Shown here piece after piece: positions 30,701 through 38,800 of a DNA stretch of 51,925 bases. The position numbers were made by a program, and so were the translations under genes. Positions within the stretch are counted from its first letter, which is position 1; each line of letters starts with the position of its first letter. The notes under the pieces are model-generated. The model had not been told where the DNA came from. It searched no databases and saw only the letters and a list, made by a program, of their open reading frames with translations. Source of the DNA: an uncultured Bacilli bacterium (GTDB lineage Bacteria; Bacillota_I; Bacilli_A; RF39; UBA660); assembly GCA_947628965.1 (NCBI GenBank), contig CANRBV010000005.1:1-51925 (forward strand), written 5' to 3'.

Positions 30701-32350
30701 ATCTGTAACAAGAACATAATGAGGAACATGTTTTTGTTTTTCTTTACTTTCACGTCTTTCATGAAAAATTTTATCTAATTGATAAATCATTTCTCTATAT
30801 TCATCATTGGTAGATCCAAAATATCGAAAGGTATGATCGTTCGACCAACTATGAGGTAATGTTTTAACATAATCCCATAAGGATTCATTCTCTAAAGAAG
30901 TAAAGGTTACAATTTTCACTTCATCATAACTATAGTTAGTCATAATTTGTAATAGAAGTCGATCTGCTAATTCTTTTGTTAAAGCAGGACTCCCGACAAT
31001 TCCAGTTGCTTTATTTTCATAAAAAGAATACGTAATAGGAACGTCTCTTAAAATTCGTTTTGTTTCTCCTAGTTCATGAACTAAATCAAGCAAGTTATCT
31101 TCGGTTAGAGAAAAATGTTCTTCAGGATATTGTACTTCAATTTCCATTGGAATATTTCCAATTCCTACGGGAAGGTCTAAAAAATCTTCATCTCCAATTC
31201 TTCTTTGCCATAAACGTACATTATGGGCTCTTATAATATCAAGACATTCAGAAACACTTAGATTATTAGAAACTAAAGAGCTTTTTTGCTTATTCATTTC
31301 CATTTCAATTTCTTTTTCTTTTTTATCTAAATATTTTTTATAAAGTTTTTGACGTTTTTTCTCCCATCTTTTATCTGAAAATTTTTGATAAGCTTTCGTA
31401 AGAGTTGGCCAAAGTAGCGAACTTGCAAGCATTACAATACACATTGCAATAGAGGTTGCAGAATCACTTACGGTTCTTTCTCCTTTGTTAATTGCATTCA
31501 TTGTTGACATAAGCATTACAACACTCATCATAGACATGGTAAGCATTGGGCCAATCGTTAAAATCGCTGGTGTTTGATTTTCATCTTTTTTAAAAGGAGG
31601 AGCATCAATTTTCAAAACAAATTTATTAGTTTTTTCGTAAAATCTAGGGGTACGATAAAAATAATCTTCACCATAGTAATCTAAAGTTAATTCTTCATAA
31701 TTCTCATTAAAATTGGAAATTTCTTTTGTACATGTAGCATATAAAGCAGACGGAGCAACAAGACCATTTGGATTATTCACTAAAAAATAATCAGCACCTT
31801 CTTTGCGCATCAAAATTAGTTTTAAACCAAAAACAAAAATAATATCTCCATATTCTATTTTTTTTACATTACGGACACGTTTTTGATTTACATAAACAAA
31901 ACTATTTTCATCTACCAATTTTAACATATAATATTTTTCTTGCTTTTCAATTGTAAATATTGTACTACTTAATCCTGGTAATTGATAATTAATCTTATTG
32001 TTATCTCCATTTCCAACGGAAATACCTTCATCTTTGACTAAATTAAATTCTCTAAAAGTTTGATCACATAAGGGTGAACAATAAAGGTAATATTTTTCTT
32101 GTTTGTAATTATTTTTAATAGATAATAATTTTCCTTCTTCTAGCTTTACATAAGGGACCATAACTTCTTGATTATCAATAATGAAAGCTTCACGATTGCT
32201 ATATAGCAACCATCCTTCTTCCGTAGCATCAATATTCATCAAATTTATTTTGCGGCCATTTTCAAAATCGCTAAGCCAATAACTCCCTATTCTATTTTTA
32301 GGAAGTGTAAAGAGAATTAATTTATTTTCTTTTATGAGAGCTATTTGCAT
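27752..32350 (-). CDS. essC: Type VII secretion ATPase EssC (YukB-like)
   Basis: Two FHA-like domains, FYRTPR, two TM helices, HGPHGLIAGTTGSGKSE, IDYKGG, DEFAELK, GRSLGVHLILATQKP, two further FtsK-type domains. Confidence 0.95.
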   Translation of the reverse strand: MQIALIKENKLILFTLPKNRIGSYWLSDFENGRKINLMNIDATEEGWLLYSNREAFIIDNQEVMVPYVKLEEGKLLSIKNNYKQEKYYLYCSPLCDQTFREFNLVKDEGISVGNGDNNKINYQLPGLSSTIFTIEKQEKYYMLKLVDENSFVYVNQKRVRNVKKIEYGDIIFVFGLKLILMRKEGADYFLVNNPNGLVAPSALYATCTKEISNFNENYEELTLDYYGEDYFYRTPRFYEKTNKFVLKIDAPPFKKDENQTPAILTIGPMLTMSMMSVVMLMSTMNAINKGERTVSDSATSIAMCIVMLASSLLWPTLTKAYQKFSDKRWEKKRQKLYKKYLDKKEKEIEMEMNKQKSSLVSNNLSVSECLDIIRAHNVRLWQRRIGDEDFLDLPVGIGNIPMEIEVQYPEEHFSLTEDNLLDLVHELGETKRILRDVPITYSFYENKATGIVGSPALTKELADRLLLQIMTNYSYDEVKIVTFTSLENESLWDYVKTLPHSWSNDHTFRYFGSTNDEYREMIYQLDKIFHERRESKEKQKHVPHYVLVTDAIKSIDNYDLIKNILGSSENYGFSIIMLVDRVSACPNECKNFIHVNQEECAIFKSVLNEQAQSFKMDLSSMDELYNCSKELANIKVEIKSETESSLPDVYHFLEMYQVGKVEQLNSLDRWKKSNPMLSLQTPVGIGKGGEIISLDLHEKYHGPHGLIAGTTGSGKSEFIISYVLSLAVNYSPYEVQVILIDYKGGGLALAFQNDYYTLPHLAGIMTNLDGSELTRSLASIESEIKRRQREFNEARVMTNESTIDIYKYQKLWREGRLKGKDQIAHLFIISDEFAELKEQQPEFMDKLISVARVGRSLGVHLILATQKPGGVVDQQIWSNTRFRVCLKVQDTGDSQEVLKKPDAAYLKKTGRFYLQVGYDEVFTLGQAAWAGARYIPSQMFKKDVDTSVNLINNIGITTMSKDTQKPQVVHAEGEELSSVVKYLSDLARNEHIEIKKLWLEKIPEKIYVDSLKSKYNFKRQNYILNPIIGEYDDPDSQNQYVLTLPLFESGNAIVYGIADSGKEEFLETLVYSGMTTYSIAELNFYLLDFGGETLRNFVSAPHVGDIAYLGDTDKIINLFKMIEEELQNRKNLFASFGGSYINYLRSSGKTLPNIVVVLNNYEAFVENYEDLNEELTTITREATRYGIYFVMSASSESSVRMRLKQNFNLIYALQQNNDFDYSAILGNVRGKVPSKIKGRGLFKKDKIYEFQTASIKQENTSEYIREVCEKFSKASLYRAKKIPVLPEVVNFESIESALSHDFSIAVGVNKETLTVEKYNFSKNALHFIGSYDIENVDATLNAFINQICYEKYANLYFFNASEHVITNENLTRNYITKNIEENLLKILDYIDQVYAIYEQNHMELDSIQNQKKMYCFIYGLYSFMNKLSDEAKKRFGECMKKDAQMNLISFVIIDNPDVIKPFTYEEWFKVGADLTKGIWIGSGVADQTLFKISKITRDDREEIPNDFGYVINNAKLYKVKLLTDFKAKDTNI

Positions 32351-32363
32351 ATTACTACCCCTT

Positions 32364-32618
32364 TTAATATAAAATTAGTTTAGATCCATTTCTAATTTTA
32401 CTTTCTTTTACATATTCTTCTTCATTTATTTTTTCCCCTGTTTCTTGATCATACAAACAGGAAGTATGATCATCAATAAAGGCTTGATTACTTTCTTCTT
32501 CAATTATTTGAACAATCAAATTTTTAATTGTTCCTACTTTTTTTGTTGTTGGAATATAAAGATCAATGTTTTTTTCCAACATAGGAACGGTAACAACAAC
32601 GTATATTTTACTATTCAT
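32364..32618 (-). CDS. EsaB/YukD-like ubiquitin-fold protein
   Basis: 84 aa, IDLYIP...IRNGSKLILY ending; directly upstream of essC. Confidence 0.75.
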   Translation of the reverse strand: MNSKIYVVVTVPMLEKNIDLYIPTTKKVGTIKNLIVQIIEEESNQAFIDDHTSCLYDQETGEKINEEEYVKESKIRNGSKLILY

Positions 32619-32851
32619 TATACCCTCCTAAAAAAACAAATGAGCAAAATAACAAGAAGCATTAAGAAAAAAACACCAATTGCACAAAAAATAGCAAAAC
32701 GAATATTTTTTTTCTTTTCTACTACTGTTTCTATCTCAACTGTTTTATCAATACCTGGAACATAAGAATGAGCAAGACTTAATTTTGCTTTACAATTGAT
32801 ACAAATTTGATCCCCAGGATGGGTTTCATAACCACACTTTTCACACCTCAT
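32618..32851 (-). CDS. Zinc-ribbon single-pass membrane protein (full copy)
   Basis: MRCEKCG...CINC, C-terminal TM helix; stop overlaps the esaB-like start. Confidence 0.8.
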   Translation of the reverse strand: MRCEKCGYETHPGDQICINCKAKLSLAHSYVPGIDKTVEIETVVEKKKNIRFAIFCAIGVFFLMLLVILLICFFRRV

Positions 32852-32908
32852 GTTTATCACCCTTTATTATGTCTTTATTTTACCATAAGGAAAAATAAAA
32901 GAAAAGAA
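32687..32908. repeat. 222-bp direct repeat, copy 1
   Basis: Matches 34462-34683 (offset 1775 bp); no differences seen by eye. Confidence 0.92.
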
Positions 32909-32935
32909 AAACCAAATGATTTCACTTGATTTTTC

Positions 32936-34126
32936 CTATTTTTCTAAAAGCCAATCAAAGATATTTATTTGTTTTATTCCGTTATAAGATGTATATGGGG
33001 TGTAATCTGTTGTAAGTAAATATTTGGGATTATGGTCATTAATTATATCTAAAGATTTTAGTTCTCGTTCTAAAGTTTTTTCATCTTTTACAGTATAACT
33101 TACTTGATAATACTCTACACCTTTTTCATTTATAGCAACAAAATCAACTTCATTCATATCTTGTTTTCCAATATAAACTTCATATCCTCTTCTTAATAGT
33201 TCTAAATAAACAATATTTTCTAAAATACGGCCATCATCACCTTTTGTACTTCCTAACAAATAATATCTTAAACCAACATCAGAAACATAATATTTTGCCC
33301 CCGAAGTTAAATAATTTTTTCCTTTTATATCGTATCTTGGTGCTTTATATAAAACAAAAGATTCAACCAAAGCATCTAAATATTTTTCAACAGTCGGTAC
33401 GGATATTTTACGTCCATTTGAAGTCATTGTATTTGATATACTTGTACTAGAACAAATATTTCCAATATTATCAAACATAAACTTAATGATATCTTTTAAC
33501 ATGCCAATGTCTGAAATATCTTTTCGCTCTGCTATATCATTTACAATAACGGTATTATACAAGCCATCCAAATACATTTTAATATCTTTTGCATTATTTA
33601 GCATTAAAGTATAGGGAAAAGAACTTTTGGTAATATAATCAACATATTTTTTTTGAATATCATTTTCTCCCACATAAGAAATGTATTCTTTAAAAGATAA
33701 AGGTAACATTTTTATTTCAACGTATCTTCCTGATAGTAAGGTTGCTAATTCCCCTGATAATAATTTTGAATTCGAACCAGTAATATATAAATCCACATTC
33801 TTTTTTATGTATAAACTATCACAGGCTTTTTGAAAATCTATTACTTTTTGTACTTCATCAATAAAAACATAATTTTGTTTATTTTTTATTAATTTAGAAT
33901 CAATATACTCATATAAATCTTTATAATCTCTGATATTATCGAAAGTATAATCTTCTAAATTAAGATAGATAATTTGCTCATTAGAAACCCCCTTACTTTT
34001 TAAATATTCTATATACAATTCATATAAAGTTGATTTACCACATCTTCTTATACCTGTAACAATTTTAATTAATTTTTTATCTTTAAATTGAATTAACTGA
34101 TTTAAATATTCGGGTCTTTCTATCAT
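32936..34126 (-). CDS. AAA_14 + DUF4143 family ATPase
   Basis: GIRRCGKST, FIDEVQ, ITGSNS, KYYVSDVGL, LENIVYLELLRRG, EVDFVA...YYQV. Confidence 0.92.
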   Translation of the reverse strand: MIERPEYLNQLIQFKDKKLIKIVTGIRRCGKSTLYELYIEYLKSKGVSNEQIIYLNLEDYTFDNIRDYKDLYEYIDSKLIKNKQNYVFIDEVQKVIDFQKACDSLYIKKNVDLYITGSNSKLLSGELATLLSGRYVEIKMLPLSFKEYISYVGENDIQKKYVDYITKSSFPYTLMLNNAKDIKMYLDGLYNTVIVNDIAERKDISDIGMLKDIIKFMFDNIGNICSSTSISNTMTSNGRKISVPTVEKYLDALVESFVLYKAPRYDIKGKNYLTSGAKYYVSDVGLRYYLLGSTKGDDGRILENIVYLELLRRGYEVYIGKQDMNEVDFVAINEKGVEYYQVSYTVKDEKTLERELKSLDIINDHNPKYLLTTDYTPYTSYNGIKQINIFDWLLEK

Positions 34127-34144
34127 CTGTATCCCTCCATAAAC

Positions 34145-34189
34145 ATTATAGCAGAAAGTTATATTTTTGTAAATTATATTTTACAAAAA
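34145..34189 (-). promoter_or_regulatory. ATPase promoter overlapped by a palindrome
   Basis: TTTACA-17 bp-TATAAT on -; TTTTTGTAAA-ttatat-TTTACAAAAA (34164-34189) covers the -35. Confidence 0.6.
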
Positions 34190-34443
34190 CGTCAAAATAC
34201 TTAGTTTTGTAAAATGTAATTTATTATTATTCAAGTCCCTTATTTTTAAAATTATTTATCAATATTTGATAATATTGTACAGTAACTAGATAATTGAGAC
34301 TTAAAAAAAATATGAATTTAGAGAATTAATTGGTTTAGGTTATTTACCAAATTCAATATTTCAATTATTACAGAACAATTACATAATTTTTAAATTTGAT
34401 ACAAAGTTATGACATAATTGACTATAAGAAATTTAAAAAATTT

Positions 34444-34626
34444 TTAATATAGAGCCAAAATAAAAATAGCAAAACGAATATTTTTTTTCTTTTCTACTAC
34501 TGTTTCTATCTCAACTGTTTTATCAATACCTGGAACATAAGAATGAGCAAGACTTAATTTTGCTTTACAATTGATACAAATTTGATCCCCAGGATGGGTT
34601 TCATAACCACACTTTTCACACCTCAT
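34444..34626 (-). pseudogene. 3'-truncated duplicate of the zinc-ribbon membrane protein
   Basis: Identical up to RFAIF, then ILALY-stop; most of the TM helix is lost. Confidence 0.75.
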
Positions 34627-34683
34627 GTTTATCACCCTTTATTATGTCTTTATTTTACCATAAGGAAAAATAAAAGAAAAGAA
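34462..34683. repeat. 222-bp direct repeat, copy 2
   Basis: Matches 32687-32908. Confidence 0.92.
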
Positions 34684-34693
34684 GAATTCATTG

Positions 34694-35404
34694 CTAAATT
34701 CTTTCTAAATCCTGTTTCAATTCTTTTACGTTTTTATAATTTAAATTTTTATCCTCTACTAGAGTTTTTCCTAATATAGAATCAAGAAGGAAAGGTGCTC
34801 CTATTACATGTTCCGTAATAGATAACTTTAACGATTCTTTTTCAATGATGATTTCATTTTTTGTTAAACCATAAAAAAGATTTTCTCCCGTAAATAATTG
34901 ATACATAATAATTCCAAAAGCATAAATATCATAGGATACATCTGCCTTTTTTTCATAAATTTGACTAAGAGAACAATATTTAATCGTTCCATATTCTATT
35001 TGTTCTCCTATAAAAGCAGAACTTCCCCAATCTAGTACATAAACCATTCCTTCTTTAGAAATCATAATATTATTTGGCTTCAAGTCACAATGGATAATAT
35101 TTTTAGCGTGCGTATATTCTAATATAGTACACAATTGAATTAAAAAATTACGTGTTGTCTTTCTATCATAGAATGTTTTATCTTGCAATAGCTCTCCTTC
35201 AATATATTCATAAAGAATATAATGCTGTTCTTTATTATATTCAACTATTTTAGGTACAAAAGGATATTCTTTTAATAAATTGACTTTTTCATACTCATTT
35301 TGTAATATTTTTAACGTTGCCTCATTAATTGTAGCCAGCTGTTTTTTTAAATATTTTTTATTATTACTAGAAATAACTTCACAATAAAAATTATCTTTCT
35401 TCAT
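34694..35404 (-). CDS. Small soluble Hanks-type Ser/Thr protein kinase
   Basis: YEYIEG, IIHCDLKPNNIM, LDWG, GTIKY, DIYAFGIIMYQLFTG; no TM helix. Confidence 0.88.
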   Translation of the reverse strand: MKKDNFYCEVISSNNKKYLKKQLATINEATLKILQNEYEKVNLLKEYPFVPKIVEYNKEQHYILYEYIEGELLQDKTFYDRKTTRNFLIQLCTILEYTHAKNIIHCDLKPNNIMISKEGMVYVLDWGSSAFIGEQIEYGTIKYCSLSQIYEKKADVSYDIYAFGIIMYQLFTGENLFYGLTKNEIIIEKESLKLSITEHVIGAPFLLDSILGKTLVEDKNLNYKNVKELKQDLERI

Positions 35405-35730
35405 CTTTTAATCTCCTGACTACTTTCACGACTCACAATTTCCGTAATATCCATTTGTTCTATTAGATAATAATTATTTGCATCTTCATTTTCATTTATA
35501 CAAGCATAATCAAAATCATTAAAATCTACTTCTACTATGGTATAGATGGCTTCACTATTGGCAATTTTAATTTTGTCTCCAACATTTAATTTTTCACTTA
35601 TAAAAGGATTTTTTCTTTTTTCTTCTAAATAATCATAGTACTCTTTTCCTTTTAAAATTTTTCCATCCACAGTTTCATATTGTATTTCATTTGTATAAAG
35701 TTCACTTGTAAAATTACCTTGTTCTTCCAT
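35401..35730 (-). CDS. Small acidic protein, candidate immunity protein
   Basis: 109 aa, directly after the effector; ATGA overlap with the kinase; SH3/KOW-like LNVGDKIKI...YTIVEVD. Confidence 0.65.
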   Translation of the reverse strand: MEEQGNFTSELYTNEIQYETVDGKILKGKEYYDYLEEKRKNPFISEKLNVGDKIKIANSEAIYTIVEVDFNDFDYACINENEDANNYYLIEQMDITEIVSRESSQEIKR

Positions 35731-35749
35731 TTATATCACTCTCCTTTAG

Positions 35750-35778
35750 ATTATAGTATGTTTATTTTATAAGCACAA
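35750..35778 (-). promoter_or_regulatory. Internal promoter for the small protein plus kinase
   Basis: TTGTGC-17 bp-TATAAT upstream of an AAGGAG RBS. Confidence 0.5.
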
Positions 35779-35821
35779 TCCCCATTAAAATTCTTTTATT
35801 TTATCTAAACTATAAGACTTT

Positions 35822-38800
35822 TTATACTTCCGAATGAACTTCCTCATCTTTTACATTAGACATTTGGACAGATGAATTTTTATTTTTTATAGTGTTCATA
35901 TCATCTAATTGTTCAATATTTATTGTTTCTTTCTTAACATTCGAAGTTTCAATAGGAATTGCATCTACTTGAATAATATATTGTCTGCTTTCCTTATTAT
36001 AAATCGGAGCAGATTTTACTTTATATTGCATATTTCTAGGTAATAATAACTCTTGTTGGTTATAGCCTCCTACTCCAGTAAATGATTCTAAATACATAGC
36101 TTTCATACCTTTTGGTAACTCAATTCTTAACAAAATTTTTCTTGTCGAATTTATATGAGCTGGCAACACACTAGTACTAGAATGAGCACTATCATTTAAA
36201 ATTGTTCCAATTCTGATATCCTTTAATTTAATTTGTTCTCCATTTGAATATAATTGATTAACACCACGGTAAACCAACAAATTATCTTGTAGTCCTGGAC
36301 TTTGTTCTATCAAATTATCTAATATTTCATTTATTTGTTCTACACTCAAAGAATCTGATATTGGATGATTAGGATGAGATTCGTTATATTCTCGCTTACA
36401 TTCATTTAAATAGTCTTCTATAAATTCAAGTTTTGTTCCATCCATTCTATAATTATCATAATAAGTTACTGCATTTCTATTATAAGCCGCTAAGGCTGGA
36501 CCAAAATATCGTGTAAACATATAAATGGTTTGTTTCTCTATATTTGTTAAATTTAACTGTTCATTGTTCATGTACTTTATCAATTGTTTCTGTTCATCGG
36601 AAAGATATTTTTCTAACACATTATATAAAAGTTGTTCATCCATGTCTCCTACAAGTATATTTTTTCTTACTTTTTGATTATTTTCATCTAGTTTCATTTC
36701 ATATGTTATACCCTCTATACCGTGAAACATATTTTCTTCTATATCATATAAGTATTGCTTTGCATCATGAAAATAATTAGCAACTTCTTGTCTATTAAGT
36801 AAATTGACATTATTAGAAGAATCACGATGATAAATAGTATTTACAACTGTATTAAAAGATTTTTGAAAACGATTTAATTCATCTAAACTTTCATTTTTTG
36901 ATTTTAAATCATAAAGCAATTTTTGTTTTAAAGTAGAAATTTTATTTTTAATATTTGTAAAGCCATTTATTTTTAATTTTTCTGTTGTTTCTAATTTTTC
37001 TGTTGTTTCCATGTCCCGATTAGAATCTAAATCTGCATTTTTCATTTCCATATAAATTTGTTCTATTTCTTCAGGTTTGTAATTATATATACCTTTTTCC
37101 ATATTATCTGCAATAGCTGAATACTTTATATCCATCATTTGGAGCCATTCTTCACCAAATAGTTCTTTAGAAATTTCTAAAGCTGTTTGCATATCATAAA
37201 ATTTCATTCTTGTAAAATCAGCAAATTGTTCATCAAAACTTCTAGATGGATTGGCTTGAAAATAATTTTTATCATGTGTACGTAAAAAACCATTATCATA
37301 AATTGTACTATAATAAGGATTATCCCCATTATAAATACTATCTACAATACCGCAGATAACATCATAAATCTGCATTGTTTCATCATTATCACACATATAA
37401 AAGAAATTGTTTTTTCCCCATTCATTTTTATATCCACTAAGAATATATTCTTTTATCTTTGCTTTATCATTTGCTTCTATCAACTGATTAACTGTTTCTG
37501 GTTTATCCTTCTTAATTTTACAAGCATCTTCTAAAGATTCTCGAAGAGAAGTAGGATTTTCCATTATTTTTTCTATTTCTGCATCAAAAGTTTCTTTATT
37601 ATATTCCATGTAATTATTTACATCTATAATAGATTGTTGCCATAATCTTTCTTTGTAATCGCGTGCTTCTTGTAAAAAAGATTCTATCTTTTTAGGATTA
37701 TTCTTCCATTTTGTTTTTATATTTTCTGAAATATCTGAATATTCATCTGGTACATGAACTCCATCAATTAAATGAAAAAGTGCATGGCCAAGTTCATGAG
37801 AAAATGTTCCATTACTAATCTCAATTTCTCTTTGAATGTCAAAAGTACCATTATCAAATATATAATTTGTATCCCTAAACAAAGTTTTACCTAAAGTCTG
37901 AATATCGTATAAATTTATTTTTAGGACATTTTCTAATTTATTAATATTATTTACAATTTTTTTAGTACTTTCATCTCCCGTATTTAAAGCATGCAATAAA
38001 ACATCACTAAACACTTTAGCAGAACCATAATCCATATTATCAATATTGTTTCTAATATAATCTTGAGCGGACTTAGGTAATTTATTAAAATTAGAATCTA
38101 ACGTTATATTTTCTATATTATCAGCATTCAAAACTTCTATATTTCCCGTGTTATTAGCCTGCAAATCTAAAGATTTATTTTTGGGATTTTTAAATAAGGA
38201 ATTTAAATAACTATCTTTAATGGATTGAACATTCTTTTTATTATTAACATAAGCTTCAATTTTTTTTCCTTCTTCAGTATTTTTATAATTATCATATACA
38301 TCTTTTGAGACAGATTCATAAACTAATTCATCATTTTGTTGCTTTAATATAAAATATTCTTTGGTTGCATTTTGATTTGTTAAATCAAATTTTCCATCAT
38401 AACTAATTGCATGATCATCCAGATTTCTTATTTTTAATTTTGAACTTTCGATAACATCTGTTGTTGGCATAACTTTAATGGCTGTTGCTGTCAAAGGCAA
38501 ATAATCTAAATTGGTTGCAAAAGCACCTACATCAGGAATTTCGGAAAAAAAGAAAGTTTTTGGATTTCCATAAGAAGCATTTATACCACTAGGTTTAATA
38601 TAACCACTTTGAAGAATTTGATCTGCCGCATTGGTAAAATGATACAAACCACTTTTTTCAATTTTCTCATTTATTCCAACAAAATTATTCGTATTTTTAT
38701 ATACATATCTTTTTAAATTTGATTCTAAAGTAAGTCGCAATGATTGTGGTAACGAAAAATTATTATATTTTAAACCAGTTATTTTATTTTGAGTTTGAAC

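Noticed and set aside
32936-34126. AAA ATPase as a core T7SS component (EccA-like)
   Set aside because: Motifs are AAA_14/DUF4143, it has its own promoter, and it lies inside a duplication-bounded insert
34290-34440. Short plus-strand frame (KKYEFRELIGLGYLPNS...) inside the repeat-flanked insert
   Set aside because: No start codon or RBS and no recognisable family; at most a remnant
34694-35404. Kinase called as EssB/YukC
   Set aside because: No TM helix or extracellular domain, and it keeps catalytic residues that EssB lacks; only a functional analogy is proposed
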